Below are positions 1 through 14,259 of a DNA stretch of 64,000 nt, piece by piece (within the stretch, counting starts at the first letter, position 1; each line of letters begins with the position of its first letter). The position numbers were made by a program, and so were the translations under genes. The notes beneath the pieces are model-generated. The model saw nothing but the letters and a program-made list of their open reading frames with translations, had not been told where the DNA came from and did no database searches. The stretch comes from Botryllus schlosseri (Eukaryota): NCBI GenBank assembly GCA_051294905.1, contig CM119378.1, forward strand, positions 3,536,001 to 3,600,000, written 5' to 3'.

Positions 1-378
1 CAGTGACCGTTACTAGGCTACAAAATGAACCAGTGTTGCAAACGCAATAAGTCGCAACATATTCTGTGTAACTATAGTTTGAGGCCTGGGATGACACACT
101 TTCTCGTCACCACGACGCTATTGAGTGTTGACCCATCGGTTGATTCAGGCGCGCAGTGGCAATTTTGTAGCCGGAGTTGTGCTGGTCATGAAAACCACGG
201 TTCCTTGTCCGAAATGTACGCATTTGAAAATATCATGTCAACTATTTCCTGTTTAAACCACGATATATCTACATCATTATTTAAAGTAGGCCTATATAGC
301 AGTAAACACCAACCACGATAACCTATCCTTTTCCTCTCAATTATTCCTTGTAAAAGCGCCTCTTTTACTGGCAGCTAT

Positions 379-866
379 TAGGGCTGGGCACAATGATTTG
401 AGTACTCGAATCTGAATCGAGCATCAATTTCAATGATTCGAGTCGAGTAGTAAAAGACCTTTTTTCGAGTACTGAAATTATACGCTCGTCGCCACTGAAA
501 TTTAATTTATCAATAAAAATTATAGCTTCGATACTATTTTCCACTGTGGAAGCCGTGAAACCTTGATAGGCCGTACCGCAGCATACAAAACAGGGTATAA
601 AGTACTAGTACAAAGCTACGAACGTTACTGGAAACAGCATATTTCCGGAGTCGCGGGCATCCCACAACATTGTCACAAAGCGCAATGAAATCGGTATGGT
701 CGAAAAAATACTAAGTATGGTTAATGTGATGGATAACATGTATTAAATTCTTTGTGGTGGCATAAGAGGTACATATTTGAACTTTGACATATTACATTAT
801 GCTCTGACGTCATAATGAGTGATACTAGAATCGAATCACTCAGGTACTCGAATTTGTCCAGCCCTA
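379..866. mobile_element. hAT-type MITE (TAGGGCTG termini)
   Basis: Termini TAGGGCTGG...CCAGCCCTA; CTGGCAGC on both flanks (368-375, offset by 3 bp, and 867-874). A related copy ends near 52864. Confidence 0.65.
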
Positions 867-1514
867 CTGGCAGCATATATTGATTTTGAGATCCCAACCC
901 AGGACCATATTGTATAGCTGTAACTTTCGACCTCTATTTCGCAAATTCCCATCTCACATACCGTGACATCAACCTGGCTGATGTGAGGACTGGTTCCGTT
1001 GCATAGCTGGATACTGCAATTGCACACCGTCTTGTCCCTGAACGTTAACATCATCTATTGATGGTATGGTTAACCAGAATTGTAGCAATTGCATCGCAAC
1101 TTTCGTGTGATCCCTCTGTCGAATAGTGCCAAATAATTTATTTGTACAAGTGGGTGCTATTCAGTGTATCGGTATAGTCTTTAATGCTGCATAATTATTC
1201 GCCAAGTTTTATTGGCCTCGATTATCGACTAATCATTACCAGCGTTACCTGCTTCTTGATAACAATTGTCAAACAATAAGTCTTCGGAATGCAAGTTGCC
1301 TGGGTGTGGCGTTACGGATGCAGACTTAATAGAAGATTCTTATTACCTGTCATGAGATCATACAGTATGGTAAAAAAAACTGCGCATATCGATAAAGAAA
1401 GCGATTCACAAGCACAAAACGAATCAAGAAAGCGATAGGCAGTGCTTCCAGTTGAACGCGTTGAATAGTGAGCCTTAAATCGCAGTCCAGTGCGTGTTCA
1501 ACGCTTGCTCGTGG

Positions 1515-4500
1515 TCATACTGCGTCCTCCGCGTTCCCAGCACTACTAAAGTCGTAACGACGAGCCATTTCGACCGCTTTAGAAAGGTCCACATAAACGG
1601 GAGGTATGTCCGCATCGGGAGAAGACTTCATAGCACCGTATACTTTTGCTGTAAAATATAAACGAAACGGCTACATTGGTTAGGTCAAGTGCCAGACTTA
1701 GCTGACAGAGGTTGAAGAGGCACCGCGCTCATCCTGATAAGCACGATGACGGCAGATGTCTGTACGGACAGCGAGCTTGGCTCGTTTCGCACTATACATT
1801 TCTGCTGTAGCATTTCCAGGAAAACCAGATAATACATTAGAATTAGAACACCGAAATATTTCACAATTTAGATAGGAATTGAATTACCGGAATTTCGCTC
1901 CAATTAGTCTAATTATACAACTAGAATTATCTATTAATCCAAGTCCAGCTCACCGTTGCAACTCGACAAGATCAGCCGCACGTCGATTTGCTTTAGCGCC
2001 CTATACAATTCCATCAACGTCGCCACCCCGTCGTTGTCCAGGAAAGGACAGCAGCTGAGATCTAACACCAGAACTTTAACCGCACAAGTACGAAACTGCT
2101 GGTTGCTGTTGTCTGTCAAGGCTTGCGACAGCGAAATGCCGTCGTCCTCAGAGTCGGCGGTTGGCCTGCGCGGAACCGGGTCCTTATCGCCGTCTCCGGA
2201 TATCAGGTTAGTGTTTCCGATGTTGGTAAGTTCGACGCCTGTGTCCCGGCGAGGTTCTTTGGCGAGTTTAGGATCAAACCCGAGCGCAGCTTCGACCCCG
2301 CGATTAAACCTGTGGTTGTGTGCGGAGATGAGATTATACAGTCGGCTCTGGTTGTTTAGAACACAGGCTCGCAATACCTATCGTTGGGTTCTGACACAAT
2401 AAACAGTACTTCGTTCGTATTAACACAAGATGAGTGATTATAGTGAAACAATGACGATCCCCGCAGTAACAATCGACAATGAACTCATACGAGGCCGAGC
2501 AAGCTTCGTAGTCGCTTTTAATTTGGTACAATTCCGTGTATGTTGTAAAACAGGTACAGAAAAGTTTAGCTAAAGTAAACGAAGAAACAAGTAAAGAAGC
2601 TTCCTTGACAGTTCGGCAGTTGGTTACGTTGGTGGGGACATCAAAAAGTACTATATTTGAACCCCGTATGTATTCTTGGCCGGAAAACTGCATAGTAGAA
2701 ATGGGGGTATACTGACCACTCGAATAAGTACCGGTAGTACAGGGCTGGCCAACCTTTTCAGCCAAAGGGCCACATTCGATTGACGAAATATTGCGCGGGC
2801 CACTTACCGCGCGAAGCGCGAATTTTTTTTGAAGTTCATAGGTCAATAATATTGTCACTTGTGTATATTGCGGGCCTGCCGTATATCGCTGGGCTAAGTT
2901 TGCGAGGACTGGGCTATTCGGCGCATGGACATATCGATATCGAAAGCTGCGACCAACATGCGTCAATCTTTCCGTGCCTAGGTTTCATAGTCAACGATCT
3001 TACTGCGAGCGCAAACGCAAGGTCGCATATGTTGAACGACACTTTGTCCCGTGATCGCGAATATAGTTCGACTCAATCTGATACATTAGGCGTTCTTCCA
3101 TTTTCACAAAAAGGGCCACAATATTAAAAACAAGGAATCAAGTGACAACATGTTGCGCTAAGCTTGTGGAAAATTTTTACTTTTGATAAAACTATCGCAA
3201 ATTATTCTGCTTTATTGTAGTGTACGAAGATATACTAATATGTGACTGGCTGATGGATCTGTCAATGCATCGGAACCGATATTTTAGTCATCACGTCTCA
3301 AGTGTTGCGGCCAAACTCATCAAATTTTTGGTTGGCCTTGCAAGTTCACAATCTGTGCAATCCATTTTTGATATTAGAAATTTCGGAAATTACCTCGCGG
3401 GCCACTCAAAACCTTCTCGCGGGCCACATGTGGCCCGCGGGCCACGGGTTGGCCGGCCCTGCGGTAGTACAAGTAGCCTACTTGTGCACATCAAAACCGT
3501 AGAAGTACTTGGTTACTGCCCACTCCTGGCTAAAGTAGTACCTAACCTTATAAAACTGAGCGGAAAAAATATGGAGGGCGGGTGAAAACGAATCGAGTCA
3601 GGCTGCTACCATATATATATATCGTAGGCTACGCAATAGCACTCAAAATGCTGCTGTTTGTAATGAGCGCGAATAATAAACTGTAACTTTACCGCATAGT
3701 GCATAATGTTATAATGAACTGGTATATATTACGCTTGCTTGCGCCGTTGGTCAAGTTTTAGTGAATCTTTGAGCGTGCGCGGTCAGCAAGACAGTCGTAA
3801 AGTAGCAACAAACGTCGCAAAACGATGGATCGAAATCGGTTAACGGCCTCGTTAAACACTACATTCCCACCTGTCACGATTCACGTAAATGAGCGGAGCT
3901 TCGTACTGCAAAACAACAACTCCAGGCGTACCCGAATCACCGGCGTTGAATCTTTTTACATCTCTGAAAACACCTGTGCGCCCGACCTCCGCCAAGACAG
4001 ACACGTTCGTGCTGAACACGCAATGTGAATAATTCATTAACGTAACAGCGCAACAGTGCAACAGTGCGTTTACTCACCGCTGGATCCTTATGATCACAGT
4101 GAATATTTGAAAAAGCACGGCAACCCCGAGCCCGGTAGATACTCCCAAGAAGACAACCGCGCACCACGTCACGACCCATACAATCGCGTCGGCCCGGCTG
4201 ACATTCCAAAGTCGCGGTATCTGAATTATCAGCAGCATTACTACCAGAACAGATATCCAATATATTTAGTTGATCGTCAACTAATTACTGTTTTTTGAGT
4301 AGTTCTAATTGCGGATTTTAGGAAGTGAGTAGTTCTTGTTCTAGTTGCGAGTTTTAAAATGTCAGTAGTTCAATATATGTTTGCGCATTTTGAAAATCCA
4401 GTAGTTTGCACGAGTCTGTAATATAGATTGTCAAAGTGTTCTGCGCTGCTACTCAAGTAGAAGCAGAACTAATGCCGTAAATTTCAACTCAATTACAAAC

Positions 4501-7500
4501 GTGTCAAAACTACTTCAAGTACAATAAGAAGGTATGAAAGGCATTCAAGTAAGTAGTTACAAAAAGTTGATTTAGCCTATGGGTCGCATGTACCGTGGAC
4601 GAATGAGCTATGACACTACGAAAAGGTGCAATTTTCGAGAAGATAGTCTGTTGCCGTGATTCGGGGCTCATTTTCGCGCATAAAGGTGATGCAATCATAT
4701 CCCCAGACTACTTTTCAAGTTACAAAATCCAATCGAAAGAATTAACTATTTTTTGTAGTTTTGCTCCAAACCGCCAAGTAGAAATGGGTAATTGAGTAAG
4801 TACTACAAGTAGAGAAAACCAAATTTATTACTCCGATAAGAAGAGTACTTCGCTGCGATACCTTCTCGAACTGCTTCAGTAAATTCTTCAAGTTGACCAC
4901 GATGATAGAAGCCAACGCCGCTTGAGGTAAGGACTCAAACAACGGGCCAATCCATAACAGTATAGTCAGGATGACAGCGGATGAGAAGAGCCCGGACAAC
5001 TGCGATTGTAATAGAAATTAGTCTAAATATATTAAATACATCAGCGGGTGTCGAATACTTGCGTCTTTCCGCCGGCTTCCTCGCATATTACGGACCGCGA
5101 TAACGATGGTGCGCACGGAAAGCATTGGAAGAAGCACCCGACTACGTTGCATAGGCCCATTGCCATCAATTCCTGTAGATACGGTATGATTTTATTGCTT
5201 TTATCCATGTTAAGATTACAGATAGTGTCAAGATTTGAGTAAAACCGACTGAATTAGGTGTCATGTATAATCGCACATATTAGCGGAGGTTATCAGAGTA
5301 CCAGAGTTGCGACTCAAGTAGATATGCGAGTAGTCTAAAAACATAACTACTTGAGTAGGTATTACAAGATAGGCATAACATCTACTTGTGTGACCCTAAA
5401 AAGTAGTACTGCGTTACTGACCGTGACCACATCTATATTCAATATATCGGTATTTCGAAAAATATGAAGACACTTATACTGTAATATAAATACTGTCACG
5501 GAAAAACGGAAGAGCATGCATCGAATATACTTGCCTGATCAGGATTTACGTCGTACGAATGTTTGGCCGCGAATATCTGACTCAGGGATATCTCGGTGGC
5601 GAAAGCGACAATTGCGATGGCAATGGCTTCCAGAAAGACCGATCCCACATCAGAAAGTAGAGGGACGGATGTCTGTATCCTGTAAAGGTTGGGTCACTTT
5701 ATATTATCAACACAGCTGTTAGTGACCAAACTTGGACTATCGATAATTCTATAGTTGCTCAATTAGACAAATTAGAGCGAAATTACGGTAGTCCAATTCT
5801 TATCTGAGAAATATGTCTATGCTCTAATTTCAAACGTCTAATTCCAGTCTAATTTGAAAAAAAATAGGTGAAGCTATAGTTTTAATTATAGTATTATTTG
5901 GATAAACTGAACTAAACAAAAATGTATGTGATGGTATCATGATTCGATCCATTTCTCTTGCGATCGTAACAGATCTTAATCGAAGATTCATCAATTCCTG
6001 TCCCACCCTGTCGCGGGAGCTTGAAACGAATCGAATTTTCAGTATCAGATTAGCAGCAGGACGTGTGATTGGATTTTGCCCTTAGTCTTGTGCATCTCTT
6101 TGGACATTGTGAAATAAGATGGAGCTTTCAACGTCTGCAGAAAGGATTCGCCTAGCTTCATATCATCGCGGCGGAACAAAAGTAGCTCATGTCCATTTTT
6201 CAAATTTTGAGATAATTTTATAAAACCTTGGTTTTTCTATCTTGGTCATGAGTATTTTATCACATTGTGTCAGATAACCATGGCCAACATATGGCCGAAA
6301 GAAAATGAAAACTTAACATAACATCATTTTCCTCAAAATGTGTAGAATGGCCTGAAACGACTTTGATTCCGTAGGAAGCATATTCGGAATTGCGATTTTC
6401 CATTCCGCCATATGGTGACGTGCATTCAGTATCTCTACGATTTGTTTCCGGTGACCTTGATACCAACCAGCTTTGGGTCAAGCCTCCCGCGTTTCCGTGC
6501 TCGATTGGCCGCCAACAAGATAACTTATCTCACACATAGACCACTGTAGTTAATGCTGGATTAACCATTACTACGAAAGTAGATCATATGTAGGCCGAAA
6601 GGAGTGCGTTCGATTCTTCAATGTAGGTTGCGCAGTAACGGTATTTCCTACTAATCAGCATTGCTCTCGTTCTACAAGGTTGAACATACCCGGTAGGTAT
6701 ACTGCCGACCGTGGAAACGCCGTATTCTTGCTGTAGCCGGGCAAGGTACGAAATTAACGTGGTGAATATTACGACCGCAAGTTCCCAGGGTATCGGGACG
6801 GGCAATTTCTTCTTTAATTTTACGTTCACCCACTGCGAATAGAATGCAGACCTTGATAGAAGATATACCAATCACAATAACTCGTGCGTATTTACCTTTC
6901 CAAACGCAATGAATACAATACATATGATTGAAATGATCAACGCGGCCCAGTTTATGGTTGTTATGCCCTTGAAAACGTCCACGTACGCCTGTGAGAATGT
7001 AAAGTTTTACGTAGCTGTTTGGTGTCCAGTGAATTACGCACTTCGCGGCCCTCAATACCTATCTAATCCTACCCTAATCTCGAACCCAATGGTACTCAAC
7101 CTACGGTACGCGAGGTCATTTCATCTACGCAGTGAATGCATTTCTTTTTTCAAGTATAATTAAAGTTTTCACAAATCTTGAACGTAATTTTTCTTATGTT
7201 AGTAATATTTTCCATTGCATGCTTTATTGTTAAGTACTATTGTTCAGCTTGTCGAAACGAAAAAATTGCAACCATCGCCACGAATAAAAAATCAGGCGCG
7301 GATCAGCTTGTTATGTTGTCTGTCGACAAGGGTCATTTCCATCAGGCCAATATCCTTTATTTTTGATTCCGTAGCTGCCGACTTGTAGCACGGTCCCCTT
7401 CTAGGCCTTTTTAAGACAGCGCTGACGCGGACGAGATGGCGAGGAGGAGCCTAGATAAACCTCCAAAACTTGGGTATGAATTCTGGAGTCGACCTCGGTC

Positions 7501-9614
7501 GGACCCGAACCCACAAACCCGTTGGTGTGGTGGCTGTGGATTATACCATTACGCTATGTCGCCACCGCGGATCAGCTTGTGGGCCGTATTTGTTTCGAAA
7601 GTTCCGAGTCGACTTGATTGCTATCCGTCCGTGTTAATAATAAGAAAAAAGGTTGAGAACCACTGCCCCAAGCCGTATACATTGATACATACATACCAAG
7701 TGTCGTATATCACAATTCAAGCTCAAATTCAGTGAAATATCCATTTTCGAATTTATTAGCGCAATATTGATAGATCGCTTTCATAATAATATTAATACCT
7801 ATTACCTTTATAATGACAAATTCACCGCGTGCCGTTATTTGTGGAATGTTTGTATACTTTAATTTTAATCTTCTATCATTTCTGGTTTTTCCTGAAAATG
7901 CCACAGGGGAACTGTATAGGGCGAAACGGGCTAAGCTAGTTGTGCACAGTACGTATAGGCATTTGCCATTCTCTTGCTTATGAGGATGAACACCAATTTG
8001 ATACGGACTGAACTTCATTCAATTTCCAAGTTTTCGCGAATTCAGCGAATTCAAATTCGAATCTAATTTGTAAAAAAAGTTGTGTAGCCATAAATCCAGT
8101 TCAAACCAAAGTAGGAAAATTAGCTATAATTCTAATTCTAATCGAATTGAAAAAAAATAAAAATTTCCCACTTGCCACTCTTGTATGTACCGGACTTTTC
8201 GACTTACGTAGATAAGAGCAAAGGGCCCGGAGTGTCTCGAGACGTCTACTCCAAGTAGCTTCGGAACTTGTGACGTCATAACGTGAACGGCGGCACCGCA
8301 CGTGAAACCAGATACCAATGTGGTAGATAAGTAGGTCGTCACGATACCGAGCCGCAATAAAAACATCAGAATCTGTAATATATAATGGGGCCAATGAGGG
8401 TAATAGCTTCATAGATTCCCGTCGCTGAGTACAGAGAAGGCCTACAGTACAGTGAACATATGAATGATTACTTCCCAATACCTTAGCATGAAAGGCGTTA
8501 CAACACCGAAATGCTACATGACACATTGTCGCAGCATATAGTTCATTTCCGGGGATTAAAGCAGCAGCGCTGTAATATTATATCGCAGAAATGACGCTTA
8601 CGCATACATCGGATGCATAGCGCGTTGCATGAATACGCCATACGCTCAATGTATGCGTCAGACTCGAGTACACAAGTTGCATTAGGCGCTAGGTAGGCCT
8701 AAATATCGTTTCAACATCCTCCTACCTGTTTATTACATCGCATTGAGTCTTGTGTTTCGCATCGTATATCGTGAAAATATATATGCCCATGGTTTGCTAC
8801 TTCAAAAATACCTGAATAATTCCGTTCACCAGGGATAATGCAATCGCAATCTGTACTTTTCTGGCGTCCTGTGCCTGTTCGCAATTCACAGCAGTCGGCG
8901 TTGTGATATTGAAATTCTTAGGTAATATTGTTGCTGAAGTACTGTTGTAGCCGCTCATGAAAGATTGCGCAGTAGAATCAGTCTCTGGAGACGAGCAAAC
9001 TGGAATTTTCTGAACGTTTGCGCGTTCAAACGAATTCATGAGTGCAGCCGAAGAGAAATCACTTCACGCACCTCTTCAATGACTTGGGCGATCATCAGGC
9101 TCACGACTGCAAAGGTGCCAATCGATATGTGCCTGCTGGTACCGAAGATCATGTACACCAAAACGGGAAAGAACGAAACATACAACCCCATGATGGGCGG
9201 CAAAGAAGCCAGCAAAGCATACGCCAACCCTAAATAAGAGAAGACAGTCAATCATTTTAAATAGGCCCAATTTATCATGACGAATTGGTCTCTGTCTTAC
9301 CTTGTGGGAGATGAACTATTCCAACCGTGGCACCTGCGAGTACATCTTTTAATAAATTTTGTCGTACATCATAACTTCGCGACCAAACAGCTATAGGAAG
9401 CCGTCGACCAAGAAGTTCACCCACGTTAACATCTGTAGCATTACATGAACGTTGAAAGGGAGAAATCAATCAACACACAACACAGCTCCATACCCTTTAA
9501 TTTACAAGTACTCTTACATCCACGCCTGAATATTGTCCGACAATCTTCTGCCTGTGGCTCAACGGCGAATTTATCGATCAGCTGAGCCTCTTCATACACG
9601 GTGTCATTAAGCAT
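1515..9614 (-). CDS. SLC26/SulP family anion transporter (prestin/SLC26A5-A6-like) with STAS domain, paralog A; 14 coding exons, ~726 aa
   Basis: Hand-spliced exons (minus): 9494-9614, 9301-9432, 9072-9229, 8812-9009, 8208-8372, 6896-6988, 6690-6832, 5535-5679, 5059-5172, 4862-4999, 4078-4220, 3871-4011, 1954-2309, 1515-1648. Total 2181 nt, frame intact; all introns GT-AG except GC-AG at 5173-5534. SLC26 motifs: [100 protein letters not shown]. An in-frame AG acceptor at 9636-9637 means the true start could lie further upstream. Confidence 0.93.
2740..3461. mobile_element. hAT (Charlie-like) non-autonomous element in an SLC26 paralog A intron
   Basis: TIR CAGGGCTGGCCAACC / GGTTGGCCGGCCCTG; perfect 8-bp TSD CGGTAGTA (2732-2739, 3462-3469); GGCCCGCGGGCC subterminal palindrome. 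Confidence 0.85.
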
Positions 9615-10340
9615 ACTATCTTCTTGGGCCTCCGTCTGTAATTAACCCAGGTATTCCACAAACAATATTCTCGATAGCTGTAATCGCCTGCGGGTCTGGT
9701 ACACATCTGATTGGAGTCAGCTCTAAGACTGTGACATTGATCAATGTGACACAGGCACTGCTGGTGAACGCGCTGAATGACTTGACATCTACGTTATAAA
9801 TAAATCACCATTCACCATCAACAAGTGATGTCGACACGCTCCAGTGCCAGGGATAGCCGAGCGCAACGCTATCGATTTCTCATTGTTTTGCCGCCACTCC
9901 AGAAATTGAAAGTACAATGCGCGGACAATGAACATAAACTATAGACTAGAATCCGTAGGGAAAACCAAAGAATGTCCTTCTACATTCTTTGGGGAAAACA
10001 GGGTATGTGAATGTATGTATATAGACTGCACTGCACTGCACAGTGCACACTGCACGTTAAACAGTCATTATAATACACCTAAATTGACGTGAGCAGATGA
10101 AATTTGAATTGGACCAGGCAAGAGGCAACCAAATTACAGTTCAAGCAATATTTGAGAGATGCGGAGGTCAAGCCATACACCCGACTCATGATTGGTGACG
10201 ACAAGCCAGTCTTGGCCATGATTGGCTGCAGAAAATTAGGCGTGATCGGTAGCCGAATTATGACTGCATTCTGGTGGTACGCTGTGTGTACTGTGCAGTG
10301 GTATTCATACTTTCACGAAATTAGGGCGAAATGCCGGCAA

Positions 10341-10482
10341 TCTAATCCTAATCTAATTTGCGAAATTTTTCTATGCCCTAACTCTAATTCTAATCTAATT
10401 TGTGAAATGTTCCTATATGTTCTCATTCTAATCTAATTTGTTAAATGTTTCTATACCCTAACTTTAATTCTAATCTAATTTA
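10341..10482. repeat. Degenerate tandem repeat of TCTAATTCTAATCTAATTTG-type units
   Basis: About four 38-39 bp units. The same motif family recurs near 1840-1930, 5760-5860, 8060-8150, 12250-12410 and 36020. Confidence 0.6.
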
Positions 10483-10700
10483 TTGTTTTCCTGAAAATGC
10501 CTCTTTGTCCGCGGCATTTTGCAGCGAGTTAACAAAGAATAATGCCCCTGTCGCTCAGGGAAATCCAGTGTCGAACCGCCATCGCATTAGCCTACTTACA
10601 CCGCACAGTCACCGTAGCTTGTGGTCTGCGAACAACATTCTAGTATCGATCACCAACAGAGCAGCAGCAAAGGAAAAGAGTTAGTTCATCAAGAAAAAAA

Positions 10701-10826
10701 GAGGATTATTACTACAGATCTAACGAAAGAAAATATATTGGAGCAGTGCTTTTCAACCTTGTTGAGGATTATTACTTCAGATCTAACGAAAGAAAATATA
10801 TTGGAGCAGTGCTTTTCAACCTTGTT
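10701..10826. repeat. Tandem duplication, 2 x 63 bp
   Basis: GAGGATTATTACT(A/T)CAGATCTAACGAAAGAAAATATATTGGAGCAGTGCTTTTCAACCTTGTT at 10701-10763 and 10764-10826. Confidence 0.9.
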
Positions 10827-11617
10827 GAGCTTCATTCGCACTTTTTTTAAATAAATTTCATTCGCACAAACTATCCGAAAATTGTTATACAAAAAGAAGA
10901 TGAAGATACTTAACAACACTTTGTTCAGATGTGCAACAAATTGGCTACTAAATTACAAAATGCCTACCAAAAAATAGAGTAAGAAGCGGAAAGATATTTA
11001 ACGTCAAAGCGTAAGATCGTGGGCTGCGAGTTACTGAAAAAAATTCGTTTTCTCATTTCAAGGCTGCTGCTCGAGAACTCGTAGGCATGACTACATCAGT
11101 TCCACCGGAAAGAGTTTTCAGTCATGCGGGAGTACTGTATCGTGTAGGGGACTGTAGCCAAATCAAAACGGGTCGCGGGCAATTTTCAAATTTTGTAACA
11201 TGGATAAAAAATAAGCTACACAGTTGCGCAACCGCGTTTTAAAGACTTTTTTGCGTTAGTACAACGCCGTGCTCACTAACATTGGCGACGCACATGGTTG
11301 CCACAAAAAGAATTACTATGTTATTAAAGAAGTATAACTACAGCATGAAATATCATGATCATAAACTTCCTTTTATTTTGAGCAGTGAGCTGTGCACGAT
11401 ACCTGGCAACGCATTTCAGCGACTGTAATGAATCGATATTGGGGCTAGTCAGTATAGCCAGACACGTCTCTAGCTCAGTGGTCCTTAAACCCTTTTTCTC
11501 CTAGCGCCCCTTTTCGGAACTTCCGCGCGACGAATTTTATCAAAATTCAATTTGCAACGACATAGCAAGGATATATAGAACTACGGATACTATAGAACTT
11601 AGTATCCCTATGACAAC

Positions 11618-11998
11618 TAGGGTTGCATTTAAAACAAAAATCAATTTGAAACAAACATATTTAAAACAAGGCTCTTGTTTAAAACATGTTTTTTTAAAGC
11701 CATGACGTCACGAATTTTTAATTGTGACGCCATAGTGGATTGACATTGACAATTGAAAATATATGGTAAATAGCTCCTTTGACGAAATATCTGTACTATT
11801 AATGTTGAGCCGACTATTTTGAGGGTTCCAACCATTTCATATCGATAAACGTCGGCTATATCTGGTGGAAATTGACCGTCATACGACATGTTTTTGGAAA
11901 GTATTTACACAATTATGGCATAATTTTACAATTTTATAGGCATTTTTTTAAAAACACTGTTTAAAACATGTCCACCGTTTGTTTTAAATGCAACCCTA
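11618..11998. mobile_element. hAT-type MITE
   Basis: TIR TAGGGTTGCATTTAAAACAAA / TTTGTTTTAAATGCAACCCTA; perfect TSD ATGACAAC (11610-11617, 11999-12006). Confidence 0.88.
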
Positions 11999-13397
11999 AT
12001 GACAACCATACTGCACCATCTGTGCTGTTGCGCCAATTTTCGTCGACGCCGCTCGTATCGTCCCATAGCGCCTGCGAGTGTTGGGGATCCCTAGTAGTTG
12101 CAAAACGAGCCAAGCTTGGTGCACAGACGTTAAACGTTCTCACGATTATCGGAATGCACTGTGATTTAAAATGAAATGAAGTTGATTTTTGCTGTATTTA
12201 TTTCTCATCCATAATTTCATTCAATTTCCCAGTTTTTGTGAATTCAGAATGCTAATCTAATTTGAAAAAAAACTGCGTAGCTCTAATTCTAATATAATTG
12301 AGAAAAGTTATTTAGCTCTATTTTAAATTATAATCTAATTTGGAACATTTATGTAGCTCTAATTAGAATGTAATTTGGAAAAACTGTGTAGCTCTAATTC
12401 TAATCTGGAAAAGCTGAAAATGTTCTATAGTTATCAAGTCTGGTAGTATACAATATGCAACACACAGACGAGGTAGTGTTCGAAATCGAAACCTTTGAAA
12501 CGCTGATCCAATCTTCAATATTTATCAGTTCATTTGCTAGTCGTATCACACTGTTGTGCGAGGCACTTTACAAGATGAAGCATATCATTTTGAACAGGTG
12601 TCTAAAAGGGAGCAGTAGACGTCTTGCTGATTTTCAATAGGTTACACATTCATTATGGTCATTTTTGCGGTAACCATGTTTAAACGGGTTTGTTCTCAGA
12701 ACGGTGTAGAATGTAGATGATTCACAGGTCATTTTGTACACCAGTATGGCAGTATGTGAGAAATGTAATGTGGTAGTTTTTTGTTGTTGTGACTCGGTGC
12801 ATTTTTTCACGTAGCTAGCCAACTACAGACCATCTCCAGAAACAGCCTTCTTCACAATTTCAAAATCTTTTCAATAGACAAGAAGATCGAAACAATATTA
12901 GCCTTTAGTCCTCATTTCCATCGGTATCGTATACTGCCGCTATACTTTTCAATTTTACCACTAATCGTTCCTCAGATGCACAAAGGTTCCCGAATAGCAA
13001 CACATCAGTCATGCCATAGGCCTACGGGTTTACTTTTTCACAAGTGCAAGATGTCATTACCAGTATCAGCTGGATGCGGCGTCCAACAAAAAAGTAATAA
13101 TTTATTAGAAAGAGAAATTAACGCAATATCTTTAACACGCATATATATATACGAACAACAAAAGAAAATTATGAATATTCATTAAATTTTGAAATATATC
13201 TACGGTTGCATTTAAAATACTGATAACAAAAAAATGCCTGTGAGGGGTCAGAAGGAGAAATTTTAACACTGCGTGACCAAATTTCATGATCCTGTTAAAT
13301 AAAAATATGTGTCGAGACAACTGAAGTCTAGGATATCCCAAAAAGTTTTTCTGATGGTCCCGGATTGGCAGAATCTCATTGAATTATGCTGTAAAGC

Positions 13398-14259
13398 CAG
13401 TGGTTCCCAACCTTTCTCGACTCATCGCCCTTTTCTCAATCTCGACACAAATATTCGCCCCCATATTTATACGGATCCGAACAAGAGGACATATTTTCGG
13501 GAAATCTATTCACCAAACTCTGATCTCTGGTGAATTTATTAAAATAAGGCTATATTTCCGAGGTGATGGGTGCTGGGAAAACCGGTTTCCGCGTCCATCT
13601 ACTTTCCGTTGAGTTGACCTTTTTCGCGTCATATGCAGAATAAGCCGTCTTCACGTGCATTTTTTTTACCGTGTTAGTTAAATATATCTCACCGGACGTT
13701 CTAAGATTTTCGCCCTCTAGCGCCCCCATGTTTCTCAAAATCGCCCACTGTGGGGCGATATCGCCCACGTTGGGAACAGAGATGGGCGGATTCCAAATTT
13801 TGGGAATCCGTATCCGTCCTGATCCGACAGTCAAATAGGTATTCGGAGTCCGACAGTTGAGCAACAAAATTAGGATCCGAAAAAATCCTGCTATTGCTTT
13901 AGTGCTATTTCACATTAAATATAGCCTGCAAAACAGATATGAACATTATAATCAACAAATTAGTATCAAGTAATGCCTTACAAGGGTTTATTTATATCAC
14001 ATTTCGAATCAATAATGTTAGGTACGGTATATATGACTAACTATGAAAATAATATCGAAGCGGATTATTTCATTGAATATAAGATATCTTGAACCTTTAT
14101 TACCCAATATTTGCTATGAATATCAGATCCTGTTCAAATCCGGCTCATATGGCATTTTCAGAATCCGGCTCCGATCCGGCCACAGTAAAATTCATCAAAA
14201 TCCTGCTCCGGCTCCGGCTCCTGAACCGGACTGTGGCCATCTCTGGTTGGGAACCACTA
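13398..14259. mobile_element. hAT (Charlie-like) MITE carrying a nested MITE
   Basis: TIR CAGTGGTTCCCAAC / GTTGGGAACCACTA; near-TSD CTGTAAA on both flanks. Confidence 0.7.
13777..14245. mobile_element. hAT MITE (CAGAGATGG TIR, GATCCG-rich subtermini) nested in the host element's TIR
   Basis: CAGAGATGG...CCATCTCTG; perfect TSD GTTGGGAA (13769-13776, 14246-14253). Confidence 0.85.

Noticed and set aside
2310..2379. Upstream TAG acceptor (2378-2379) for SLC26 paralog A exon 13
   Set aside because: Wrong phase. The CAG at 2310-2312 gives R|FN, matching paralog B.
2334..2966. 210-aa minus-strand ORF
   Set aside because: Runs through the MITE at 2740-3461 and intron sequence; no recognisable motif.
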